The position numbers and the translations under genes are program-made. The notes beneath the pieces are model-generated. The model did no database searches and was not told the DNA's origin. It was given only the letters and a program-made list of their open reading frames with translations. Below are positions 28,830 to 40,909 of a stretch of 64,000 nucleotides of DNA, piece by piece (the stretch's first letter is position 1; each line of letters opens with the position of its first letter). The stretch lies in the NCBI RefSeq assembly GCF_009914755.1, contig NC_060936.1; one strand, given 5' to 3'. This DNA comes from the human T2T-CHM13v2.0 reference genome, Homo sapiens.

Positions 28830-29200
28830 AGTGATCCACTAGCAAAGTTTTTGCTTCCTGATCCCACGACATTACGTTCTGCTGGCCTAGAGGTCTTAGT
28901 TCCAGAGGGAGGAACGCTGCCACCAGGAGACACAACGATTCCACTAAACTGGAAGTTAAAATTACCACCTGGACACTTTGAGCTCCTCCTACCTTTAAGT
29001 CAACAGGCTAAGAAGGGAGTTACAATGCTGGCTGGGGTGAATGACCCAGACTATCAAGATGAAACCAGTCTGCTACTCCACAATGGAGGTAAGGAAGAGT
29101 ACGCATGGAATACAGGAGATCCATTAGGGCATCTCTGAGTATTACCATGCACTGTGATTAAGATCAATGGGAAACTACAACAGCCCAATCCAGGCAGGAC
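28830..29200 (+). pseudogene. HERV-L dUTPase remnant
   Basis: RSAGLEV..KLPPGHFELL..AGVNDPDYQDE..GD motifs downstream of integrase, the ERV-L arrangement; premature stop at 29136-29138. Confidence 0.85.
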
Positions 29201-29583
29201 TACAAATGACCCGGACCCTTCAGGAATGAAGGTTTGTGTCACTCCAGCAGGAAAAAAACCACGACTTGCTGAGGTGCCTGCTGAAGGCAAACGGAATACA
29301 GAATGGGTAGTAGAAGGTAGTCATCAATACTAGCTATGACCACGTGACCAGCTGCAGCAATGAGGACTATAACTGTCATGAGTATTTCCTCCTTCTTTTG
29401 TTAAACACATGTTTGTGTACGTATACCCTTGTACTAAGAAAATATCTTCATTTTATTTCCTTTTCCTTTATCATGTGACATAAGATTTATTGTCTGCGTA
29501 TCAGCATTTAAGCATTGTTAACTTTATATAATAGTATTTGAGTTAGAGGTTGGTGCATTTCTGGTTATATGAAGGATAGTTGT

Positions 29584-29875
29584 GGCCAGGCATGGTGGCT
29601 CACGCCTGTAATCTCAGCACTTTGGGAGGCCGAGGTGGGTGGATCACCTGAGGTTGGGAGTTCGAGACAAGCCTGACCAACATGGAGAAACCCCACTAAA
29701 CCTCTACTAAAAATACAAAATTAGCTGGGCGTGGTGGCACATGCCTGTAATCCCAGCTACTCAGGAGGCTGAGGCAGGAGAATCACTTGAACCCAGGAGG
29801 TGGAGGCTGTGGTTAGCCGAGATCGTGCCATTGCACTCCAGCCTGGGCAACAAGAGTGAAACTGAATCTAAAAAA
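29584..29875 (+). mobile_element. AluSp-like element at the internal/3' LTR junction
   Basis: CCTGACCAACATGGAGAAACCCC and GGGCAACAAGAGTGAAAC; very short A tail; no TSD seen. Confidence 0.88.
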
Positions 29876-30306
29876 TTAACGTTTGAGTCAGCGGGCTAGG
29901 GAAGGCAGATCCACCCTTAATCTGGTGGGTACAATCTAATCAGCTTCCAGTGAATATAAAGCAGGTAGAAAAACATGGAAAAGGAGAGATGGGCCTAGCC
30001 TCCCAGCCTACATCTTTCTCCCTTGCTGGATCTTCCTGCCCTTGAATATTAGACTCTAAGTTCTTCAGTTCTGGGACTCAGACTGGCTCTCCTTGCTCCT
30101 CAGCTTGCAGACAGCCTATTGTAGGACCTTGTGATCATGTAAGTTAATACTTAATAAACTCCCCTTTGTGTGTGTGTGTATACATATATATAATAGGATA
30201 TATATATATATATATAATAGGATATATATATATAATAGGATATATATATATATATATATATATATCCTATTAGTTCTATCCCTCTAAGAGAATCCTGACT
30301 AATACT
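29875..30306 (+). mobile_element. 3' LTR MLT2A, lacking its first ~90 bp, with internal (TG)n/(TA)n expansion
   Basis: Matches the 5' LTR from GAGTCAG onward; microsatellite at 30167-30264. Confidence 0.88.
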
Positions 30307-30735
30307 GCGAAACTCTCCATTTCTAAGCCCATAGCTTAGATCATGGCCCAAATAAAGCCAGTAAGTATCCATCCCATTTCTCTGGCTCTGCTGATTGGTT
30401 CAGAGATGAGTACACAGTCAAGCCTGTGGATTCAGAGTGAATCTCAGATCTAAACAATCTTACTCTGCCGCTATGGACTAGAATAGGGGAGACTGCTGGG
30501 GCCATCTTGTCACCAAATAGAGCATAAAAGTGAAGCCGACCTAAAAACAGCAGGGCTGAGAGATAGAGACTAAGTCACAACATGAACAGAGCCCTTAGAT
30601 CCAGCCATACCTGAAGGCTACATAGCCTATGGACCTTCTAGTTACATGTGTCAATAAATTACCTTTATATTTAAAAACAAAACAAAACACTTAGGTTGGG
30701 TTACCTGTCACTTGTAACCAACCATGAATCCCAAT
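30307..30735 (+). mobile_element. Old MLT1 LTR that hosts the HERV-L insertion (5' stub at ~23235-23278)
   Basis: GATTGGTTCAGAGATGAG, GGGCCATCTTGTCACCA, GATCCAGCCATACCTGAAG, TGTCACTTGTAACCAA motifs. Confidence 0.65.
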
Positions 30736-31659
30736 CACCAACATCACCATGCAGTGATAAAGAGCTGCTTATTTTTCAATCAACAAAATGGTTTCGGGGG
30801 CAGTTTTTCTTGGACACTTGCTTCCCTAGTCAGTTAAGCAGGAGAAACATCCATAAATCCAAAGACTGCATCCAAATCCAGAGACTTCAGTTCCTGCCTG
30901 GGTGAAGCCAAGCCCAGCCAGCCCTGCAGCTCTGGAGGGCAACAAGTAGAATTCTTTGTCCTTTGCCATCTAGGTCCTGAGTAGCTAAAGGTTCACAGTG
31001 CTGGACACAAAGTGAATGCTCAAAAATGTTCGTTGCTATCTATTCAAAACTATTTTGTGTGTGCTAGCTCCATGCCAGGCACAGTGATGAACAAGACTGA
31101 CGTAGTCACTGCCTTCATGGAACTGATATTAGAGGAATGAGGCATGAAACAAATACTCATATAAGTACACATATACCTGCACATTGTGCTAAGTGCTTCT
31201 AAAGAAAAGTACAGAGATGAGAAAAGGTGTAACTGATCTAACTTAGAATGTCAGGCAATGCTTTCCCAAGGAAACATTAATTCAGATGGAAGTGATAATA
31301 ATGAGCGTGTGTCCATTAGCCTAAGAGTTCATGGCAAGAGAGAGCATAGTTCAGTGAAGGAATTCATGTGACGGGGCAGAGAGAGAAAAATGAAGCTAGA
31401 GAGAGCACAGGAGCCAGCCAGGGTCTGGCATGACACGTTAAGGATCTGGGCTGTAGACTATGAACAGTGGGAGACTGTGGTAGAATCTTATCTTAATTGG
31501 GGTTGAGAGCCAGATTTTCACTTTGGGAAGATTACATCAATGGATTGGATTTGGGTCAAAGTGGATACAGGACGATCCATTTGGAAACTATTGCATAGTT
31601 TGGACAAGGGTGGTGATGATGGAGGAGGAGATGAAAAAAAGTGGAAGGACAGAGGTCAC

Positions 31660-31871
31660 AGTCTACATCCCATGAACCAAATCTGGCCCTCCGCCTGCTA
31701 TTGTAAGTCAAGTTCTACTGAAACACAGCCACATCCATTTGTTTTGGTATTGTCTCTGGATGCTTTGTGTTACAATGGCAGAGTTGAGTAGTTGTCACAG
31801 AAATCATACAGCCTGCAAAATTGGAAATATTTACTATCTGGCCTTTTACAGAAAAAGGTTGCTGACCCCTG
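31660..31871. mobile_element. MER58-like element within an L2 fragment
   Basis: GAAAATATTTACTATCTGGCCTTTTACAGAAAA-type core ending GCTGACCCCTG. Confidence 0.75.
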
Positions 31872-33459
31872 ATTTAGAAGCCTCACTCAACAAGACATGG
31901 AAGATAGGGCATCATGGAAAAGAAGGGTCAAAGTTCACACCTAAATATAGGCTTACCCAGCTGGATAGATGGGCAAGACGAGGCTGCCAGAAGAGGACCA
32001 GGCTTGTTGGGGAGGAGGGTAAATTTGGTTGAAACAAACCCAACCCCCCTGCAGCGCTACCACTTCATAGAAATGAGGTCAGGCCAAGTCATGTGCAGAA
32101 AGATCGTGCAACCTGGTGTCTGAAGGCGTTATGGTTTTTAGTCTTGCCTCTGATGCACTCTGTAACTGCCAGCCAGGAATTTTCCTCTCTTGGTACGTCA
32201 GTTTTCTCATCCACAGAATGGGGATGCAGGGGCACTAATAAGGAATACGAATGCCTTGTGTACACCGTACAGTTCTATCGCAGATAGAAATCAGCTGATG
32301 TTTTGAAATCAGCTGATGCTCAAGAGAGGGGTTACTGGGACAAAGGCAGGATCGATCAGACACAGGTCCTGATGAGGGGGAATGGGATTGCCCACTCTGA
32401 CAGCATGTACCTGACCGAGGATCAGGACTTAACTCCAACAGACACAAATGGCCCCCTTGCTTTCTAACGCCAACCACTTACCTACCAATTTTGGTCACCA
32501 CAACTCCTGGTGAAAGCAATCATAACAAAAGGGCTGAGGTTGTCTACTGCATGCTGAGCCCAAACTGTTTTTGCTAGGGCAAGAAGTACAAAATGTGTAG
32601 GCAGGGACAAGAGAAGACTGATGATAAGAACCCAGAAGTTGCCTCTCATGGAACATACACACCCACACATGCACACACACATACAGCTCACGTCCGCATG
32701 CTTCAGCAGCCCTCCATACAGACAAAAAGTGTCACCATTTAAACAAAGACACGCTAACTTCCTTTGAACTTCCACCACCTTGTTGCTAAGCACTTTGAGT
32801 GGCAGCAGAGACTGCTGTTCTGCAACCCTCTTGATATAATGGAGAGAGCCATTGGTTGGCATCAGGAGACTCAGGTTCAAGCCCCAGCTCTATAGCCCTG
32901 GGCAAGTCCTTCCTACTCTCTAGCCTCAGTTTCCCCATCTGTAAAACAAGGGGCTGGACTCAGTGATTTCTGAGGCCCTTTCCAGCTCTGACATCTATCC
33001 TAGAACAGAGATTAAAAATTGGCAGCCCCCAAACAAAATGCAACCCGCAAATCTGTGGAGTTATCCAACATGAGCTTATACAGTGTCAAAGGATGTATAA
33101 TTGGTTGCTAACATTTTTAAAATGGGAGAGTGCTTGTAAAAGTCAGGATCTCCAACTTCTGAACAAATCAAACAATCTGGCAGCACAGTGCTGGGCCCAC
33201 ATCTCCACGCAGCCACACCTGCTGGGGCTGGAGAGCAGCTGCCCCTGCCTCACCTCTTTCTTCTCTCCCCCACATCAGGCTGCTACACCCTTTTCAGGTA
33301 CTTCTCAGAACCCAGTAGGTATCTCAGAGGAAAAGTCCTGTTCCAGCTGGCATTTAAGGTGACACTGAGACTTTGAATAGGTATTGACTTGCCATGATTA
33401 TACAGATTGGCCCTGGTACTGCCTTTCCTTATTCTTATTTGGAAAATGAGGAGGAGGTC

Positions 33460-33919
33460 TGCGTTGGTTTCCTAGGGCTGCTATAATAAAATACCAAAAA
33501 CTGGTGGCTTAAAACAAGACAGGTTTATTCTCTCACTGTTCTAGAGGCCAGAAGTCCAAGATTAAGGAGGTTCTTGATTTTCAAAGCAGGGTTGGTTCTT
33601 TCTGGAGGCTCTGAGGAGAGCATGTCCTCATGAGTCTCTTCCAGCTTCTGGTGGCTCTGGCAATCCTTGGTGTTCCTTGGCTTGTAGACTCATCAGTCCA
33701 ATCTCTGTCCCTATCTTTACCTGGTGCCATCCTGGTATCTCTGTCCAAATTTCCCTCTTCTTATGAGGACACCAGTCATACTGGACTAGGGCCCATCCTA
33801 ATGACCTCATTTTAACTTGATCACACCTGCCAACACCCTATTTCCAAATAAGGCACATCCACAGGTGTGTGGGGTAGGATTTGGGCACATCTTTTTGAGG
33901 CCACAATTCAACCCATGAC
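33460..33919 (-). mobile_element. MLT1 solo LTR
   Basis: TTTCCTAGGGCTGCTATAATAAAATACCAAAAACTGG...CACAATTCAACCCATGACA. Confidence 0.82.
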
Positions 33920-34259
33920 AAGGCCGAATCTACCTCATTAAACAGGGGTGGAAATGAACACACAACACAAGAGGTTGAAAACTCCTTTGAAACATAAAGA
34001 TATTTAATAGATACATCTGCAAATGAATCATGACAATTTGACACACGTGCAGTCCCTTAAGGCCAACTGCTTACATCCAGACTTTATCTTCTGTGTCAGT
34101 TTCTTGCACTTTGAGAGCAACTTACACCTGGAATAACTCCCATCCCATCACAGAGAAGCACCAGGAAGGCTGAGGGCTGGGCTCCTGGCTTCCTGGAAAT
34201 CCAAGGGGCAAGTGTGCAGGGCACAGAAGGACCTTAAGTCTCCTGATCCCACACAGTGG

Positions 34260-34835
34260 AGTTGTCTATAAAGATGTGATATACTAAGAAAGATTCAACG
34301 CCACTTAATGTAGGCATCCTGCCAAGGACATCTAGCCTGAGTCCAGCCAGGAGGAAACATCGGGCAGACTTGAATTGAGAGATGTTCTATAAAGTAACTG
34401 ACCCCTCCTCTTCAAAGAGGCCAAAGTCATACACAACAACAAAAAAGGCTGAGAAACTGTTCTAGCTTGCATAACAGCTAAACACAATATGTGACCTCAG
34501 ATTCGATCCTGTACCAGAAAAAAAAAAAATTGCTCTAAAGGATACTATTGGGGCAATTGCTGAAATTGGAATCTGGTGAGATGAAAGTACTGACTCAATG
34601 TCAAGTTTACTGAAATTGGTAACTCTACATGGTTATGTAAGAGAGTATGCAGCCTAGTCCCAAATGGTTCACAAAAATTAGAGAGAGAGAAAGAAAGAAA
34701 GAGGGAGAGAAAAAAGCAAATGCAGGAAAATGTTAAAAACCAGTGAATCTAAGTAAAGAGGGACCTGGAAGTCCCCTGTGTTGTTCTTGCAACGTTTCTG
34801 TAAATTTGAAATTACTTCAAAATGAAAGCTTTAAA
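34260..34835 (+). mobile_element. L1MC-type 3' fragment
   Basis: ATTGGGGCAATTGCTGAAATTGGAAT and CTTGCAACGTTTCTGTAAATTTGAAATTA, L1MC 3'-end motifs. Confidence 0.65.
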
Positions 34836-35987
34836 AAAAACTGCCATATAACCCGGGGATTCTGAAATGCCAGCCTGCAGAACTCCCTGGAGAGCTTGTG
34901 AAAACTCAGATTGCTGGACCTCTCCCCAGAACTTCTGATTCAATAGGGCTGGAGGGGAAGAGCAAGAATGTGCATTTCTAACAAGCTTTGGGATGCTGCT
35001 GCTGCTGGTGATGGTGGTCTGGAACACACTTGGAGAACCCCCGGTAGAACCTGGTTTAAATTGTGGTTGTGATCACCAAAATAACTAGGCAGAAGGAGTT
35101 AAGCTGGTTGCTTCTGGGAAGCAGGATTGGGGAGGAATAGTGCAAGAGATCAGTGCTTTTCTTTAGGAACTGTTCTGTAGCATTTTGTTTATTTCCAGGT
35201 TTATATATTTTAATGCCTGCAAATCATCTACATCCTGCCTGGCATGTAGCAGGTGGTCAGTACCCATTAAAAAGCTGCTGGGGCCTGAGTTTCTAAAAGA
35301 TGCCAGGCAACGTGGAACCTCCTGTGTCTGCTGAGTCCCCAGGGGAAGAGGAGATACCAGCACCGACCCCAGCTCATTTTGGGGGAACGAAGTCCTTTGG
35401 GTAACTCCAATAGGATATCTACTTTCCCCTTGGAATTGGCACCACTGAGTCCAGTCAAACCCAAACTGCTCAAAATATCTTCCAATTCTGAGACAAGACT
35501 GTGGTTCAGCCAGCAAACTTCTGTCAAGACACGAGCCTCTCCTCCCTCTCTTCTGGGGAGTAATGAACCTTGGCCTTAAGCCTCATTAAACCCCATTATA
35601 TAATCACCCCCATCCTGAGTCTCTTTATAACCCTTCCAGCGGCCGCTTTCTTGGGAGTAGGCAGTTCTGCTCCATCAGTCTTTATTGCTACCTGCTGCCT
35701 TCCTCGACAAACCAGGCTTCTGACTCAGCCTCAAGGTACACGCAAGGCCAGGCTATCAAAAGAGGGGCAACTCTCTCTTAGCTTGTCCCCAGGACAAAGA
35801 GCAGGAGTTGCTTAGAGTAGGGATGAGCAGAGGGGCTGCCGTCTTTCAAGACACCTCATGAAGGACAATATTCCATAAGACCCAGGCCTTGTGGGTAACT
35901 CCAGCTGGTGTCATTACGACCAAGATGGGGAAGTTCTGGAACCATCAGTCACTTGTTCCCCTTGGTAACTGCTGCCCTGAAGCTGCT

Positions 35988-36052
35988 GCACCTGGTAGCT
36001 GTGTTCTCCCAACCCCAAGCCCCATCCAGAGTTTCCAAAACCAGCATTCTAA
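35988..36052 (+). repeat. 65-bp dispersed direct duplication, copy 1 (copy 2 at 37787-37851)
   Basis: 62/65 identical by manual alignment. Confidence 0.92.
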
Positions 36053-38909
36053 GTGAGTCATGGGCAGCTAATAAAGAAACACCCAGAAAACTGCAGGTGG
36101 CAAAATTACTATGTCATTCCTCATCTTCCACCAGAGATGTCCAGGATGAATGAGTCGCAGGAGCTTCCTGCAGCTTGCAATTTTGGCTACTTTCTGCAAC
36201 TGCCTGGCCCCTACGGGGATGGCTACAACCTGGGACGACAGATCCCTAGAATAATAACAACAGAGTCTAGGTGGAGCAGCAAATGGTTAGTCAATGTGGG
36301 TGCTGCTTTCTAAGTGAGCACAGCACACTGACAAAGAGGCGTCCTTTGAGCAAGGCTGTCACCCACAACACACTCCCCCCGTGATGCAAGGGCATTGGAG
36401 AGAAAACGTGAGCATGTTCAGTTCCCTACCTAATGAGCAAGCAAGTTTTAATGAAGATGACATTGCAATTTCACAACCGAGCACTGCAGAGTGGAGGATT
36501 CAAAAGGATGGCAAACTTCACCTCTTTCCTGACCTTGTGACCTTGGGCCAACTGCTTAAACTCTCTCAACCCCAGTTTCTTAATCTGTAAAATGGGAATA
36601 ATAGTAGTACCTACCTTATAGAGGATGATGGAGTTTAAATGAAATAATAAAAGTGAACTGCTTTGTGCAATGCCTGGAGCATTGTCAACACAATACATGC
36701 CGATTGCTATTATTAACATGGTTTTCATCATTGTTGCAAGCCACTTCATCATGTAACATACAGCAATGGCTCCCAAAGCCACCCTTTATTGAGACTCAGT
36801 GCTCTAAGTACCAGTCCCCACGCTAGGGAATTTACATGCATTTCTCATTGTATCCTCACTGCATTGTTGCTGGGTAGAAAATAGACTCAAGAGGTTAAGT
36901 AATTTGTCCAGCGACTTAACAGCATCCAGTTAGTTGCTTTAAACCCGAAGTCACTTCTACCAGCTGGTAATGAATGATGACAATTATTCCTTCCATCTAG
37001 GTGGCACTCTTTCATTGTGAAGTAGCCTTTCTTTAGGGGATTTAAGAAAGCCTGACCTCCATCAGCTGGGATCAGAGATAGCCTACAAGGAGCCCACGAG
37101 CTTGCAGGTTGTTGGGGTAAAGATGATCCACTGGTGAAGAGCACCTAAGCAAACCACCAGAGCATGGTGGCCCACCCAAATGCAACACAGAATAAATACA
37201 GCAAGGGTGGAGAGATAAGTCCACTGCTCTCTATTTCTCTGGGAAGCAGGTTCATTTGAGTCAATATCTCCCATGGTGAACAGAAGCGTCTGACGTCTTT
37301 CATTCTAGCCCTACCTGAGTGAGGCTATGAACCCCAAGGGCTGGTGAACCTTGGAGACAGATTCCTCCATGAGCGAAGGCTCCTGCCATTCCCCTCCCTC
37401 CCTTTCCCCACTCACCACTCCCAGGCCAGGGGAGTAGGGTAAGCCCCAAGAAGGTGATGTCCTTCTCGCAGCCCACTCAAGGTGGCTGGGCACCCTGAGG
37501 TTGTGAGGCTTGGCCACACTACAGCCAGATCTGCCTAATGCTGTCCCCAGGCGTTACCATCATGGGGTAACAAGATGACGTGTCACCACCCTTCACAGTG
37601 CAGACCAGAGCCAGAGCCGACAGTTACAAACAGGCAGACAGACTGAGCCTGGCAGGGATGCAGCCCCAGGGGCCCCCTTGGCTGGCTCAGCAGGAGGAAG
37701 GCTGCCACCAGGGCCCAAAAGCAGGGAGTTCTCTTCTGGAATTCACTGGCATGGGAATGGGAACTATTACAAACAAGGAGGAGTCGGCACCTGGTAGCTG
37801 TGTTCTCCCAACCCCAAGCCCCACCCAGAGTCCCCAAAACCAGCATTCTAATTGCATCAAAAGATTTGCCTAGGAAAACTCAGTGGCTAGACCTCAGAGT
37901 CACTGAAATGGACCCTCAGGGAGTGCATACCCCTGGGGAAACTGAGACCCAGATAGAGGAAGGAACTTGCCGCATTGAAGTGATACAATGCAGGCTAGAT
38001 TGGATCTGGATTCAGAAGGGACCCCATGGACAAATTCATGCACCATTCTGAGCCTCAGTTTCTTGATCTGTAACATGGGAATTCTAGCACCTGCCTCACA
38101 GACTGGGGTGAGTCTTAACTGAAATAGTGCAGCTGACACACCAGGCAGAGACAGAGGCCACAAAGGCAACCGGCGGCAACACTGAGATTCCAACAGAGAG
38201 CTTCTCGTTTCCCAAACGAACCTGCCTGCCCCACACCAGGCTGCCTCTGTTTCTGTTACTTGTTAGAATCAACAGATAGGGAACTGGTCCCTGAGGTCTC
38301 AGCTATTTGGGTTACACACTCACTCATTCTTCCACTGAGACTCAAATGCTGTCTTTCTTCTTTCCGGGAGCTCAGAGAGCAACTTTTTTGAAGAACCAAG
38401 ACTGTCCAAGGGGCAGTTGTGCTCCTGGTGCCTCTTACTGCTGGGAGCCACCTTTTAATTAAGGACTTTGCTCCTGTCCACAGGCAAGCAGAAACGCTTT
38501 TCCTCTTAGGTGGAGACCAGGGCGGGAACAAAAAGTTAGAAGCCATGATGAATCCTCAAAAACTCTTTGGTAGGGACGGGGGCTCAAATGTTTAAATCTG
38601 TGTTTTGTTGTCTTTTTTTTTAAAGCAGGAAGGAGATGTTTTTACTCTGGCCAAAATTAAAGTGCAGAGCAGTGGCCAACCCCTGGAGGGGGCCCGGCTG
38701 ACATTCACTCATAGGATGGCGATGACCAAGGACAGATGGCTGTTAGAGGCAGTCACCCAGAGTCATGCCAAGGTAAATGCCAAGCACTCTTCGGGCCATG
38801 GGGAAGTGGGGAGGGGAAGTAAACTGCAAGGCATTTAGCCACAGAAGCCCCAAATTAACCATCAGCCCACAGGCTGTAAATGCTTCAAGAATAAAACATC
38901 ATCATAAAA

Positions 38910-39120
38910 GCCACCATTTATTATGCACCTACTGTGTGCCAGGAACTGTGCAGAAGGCTTGGCATGCATGAGCTCATCTAATCCTCACAACTGTCTACAA
39001 GATGAACCTCTTATTGTCCCCATTTTACAGATGAGGAAACAGGTTCAGAGGCTTTGAACTCACTTGAGGTCACACATAATTGCTTAAAAGTAGAATAACT
39101 GGGGTTCAAACCCAGGCATC
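38910..39120 (-). mobile_element. MIR
   Basis: CCCCATTTTACAGATGAGGAAACAGG core. Other MIR fragments at ~36530-36690, 39700-39890, 45555-45770, 52500-52640, 59220-59770. Confidence 0.75.
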
Positions 39121-40724
39121 TGCTCCTGGTCGTGACATCTGCCTCACCTGGCTGTTGCTACACACTGGACTTGTCACTATCACGCTTTTCTTCATCCACG
39201 CTCATGCAGCCAGTCTCTTTGACTACCATGCAGGCCCACCGTCATGAAGGGTGCTCTCTCTGGCAGTGATTTCTCTGGACAAATTAATAAATTGGCCTTC
39301 TGGTATGGACCTGGGAGTCGAGGGTACTATTTTAGTTTGCTTGATTTAGAGCCTGCCTAACCTGGGCACCAAGACAAGGCAGTCTCTGGACCGACTCCTA
39401 ACTGATGTCCACATGGTTCATCAGTCCATACCCTCAGCTGATTCCTACCACGGATGCACCATAAACACCCATGGGCTATAAACCAAGCTCACTATTCGGG
39501 CCCCAGCCTAACCATCTAGCGGGATGTTGGATATTACATGTACCTGCCTTTTTTTCCAGGCACAGAATTAATAGATCTTGTCAAATTCTCAAAGTGTAAG
39601 AACCCTTAGATAAAAGTAATGAAGGAAACCCCATATTTAGAGAAAGGCATTCTGCTGAGTATTTGAGCGGTCATGGTTATCAAATGATGTGTGATGTGTT
39701 AGAAAGAACCAAATTCAAATCCCAGCTCAAATACTCAACACCTGTGTGACTTTGAGCAAGTTCTTTGACATCCCTGGGCCTCAGTTTCCCCTTCTGTACA
39801 ATGGGAATAATCCATCTGCATGAGGGATTGTTTGCAAGAACTAAATGGGGCCCTGCCTGTGAGTGATTAGCATGTATCAGGGCTCAGTGAACATGTCTCA
39901 TCATTTCTCAGAGCAGCAACACAACGTGCACAGCCTGTGGCTGAATTAAGGGCCAGGGGTTATTTCTTCTACATTCTCAGAGCCCTTCCTTCTCTTGAGC
40001 AACCAATCAATAAAAGTTGCTGTCTTGGCTGGAGGACTGGCTGGGCTTTATTCAGTGGGGGTGCCCCTCTGACCACATCTGTGCCTGTTCAGCAAATCGG
40101 GCCTCTGGGTAGAGAAGATTAAACCAGCCCTCCATCACCAAAAAGTTCCATTTCCGCTCCAAGTAATAACCACCCTGTCTCCAGCAGAAATTCGTAAGAG
40201 CAGAAAGTAAACCACCTCAGGCCATGCTCAACCCCATTTGAACCCAAATACATCTTTGAGATGTAAAGGTTATATATATTGACCTGAGTGGGGAAAAAAA
40301 TACAAAACTTAATCATAGATGCCTTAGCCACAGCAGCCAAGAAAAATCCTGTAATCAGGCAGCTGAGAGGCAGCCGGGAAGAGGGAGAGAGAGGGCGGGT
40401 GCCTCCCTGAATGCCTGCTTGCTTTTCTCTATCTTTCCTTCACAACTTCAGGGGAAAGAGCAGGAACTGGGGACCAACGACAACACCCAGTCAACCTCCC
40501 CAGCGTCAGTTATGCCCCCTTCCAAAACCATCCAAATGGGCATGAGTGGCATAGGCAGATGGGGGGGCTGTGGGCAGATGATGGGTGAAGCTCTACAGTG
40601 AGCATTTCACAAGCCCTTGAGATAAAGAAGAGAGAGTTTGCACCTGGCACAGAGGACAGCAGGTGCTGGGGAGAAGGAGGTGGCATGGCAAGCGTTCCCA
40701 GTGCAGCCCGGCAGGGTGACTTAC

Positions 40725-40909
40725 TTGCAGAGAAGTTGGCCTCAGTGTGAACAGGAGGGGTGGAAGGCAGGAAAGGTGCGTGTCCCACAAAGAAGGAGCG
40801 GAGGGAGCGCTCGGACAGCAGCGGGGAGCGCTGCTGAGAGGGGATGTTCTCGCAGCTGCCTACGCTGCTGTGGATCTTGAGGTTCAAGGGTTTGCTCTTC
40901 TTCTTGGCT
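40725..40909 (-). CDS. KSR2: Internal coding exon of kinase suppressor of Ras 2 (185 bp; probably exon 5)
   Basis: Translates to (R)AKKKSKPLNLKIHSSVGSCENIPSQQRSPLLSERSLRSFFVGHAPFLPSTPPVHTEANFSA, which I recognise as KSR2 sequence N-terminal to the C1 domain. Minus-strand acceptor is a polypyrimidine tract ending TTTCAG at 40910; donor is GTAAGT at 40724-40719. Entry phase 2, exit phase 1. Exon number is from memory. Confidence 0.95.

Larger units (their letters stand above)
23279..30306 (+). mobile_element. HERV-L provirus (MLT2A LTRs; gag-pro-pol-dUTPase, no env), decayed, antisense to KSR2
   Basis: Two related LTRs; internal region starts GATTTTGGTACCAGGAG; gag, PR, RT, RNase H, IN and dUTPase remnants in ERV-L order; 5-bp TSD GCAAA/GCGAA. 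Confidence 0.95.
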
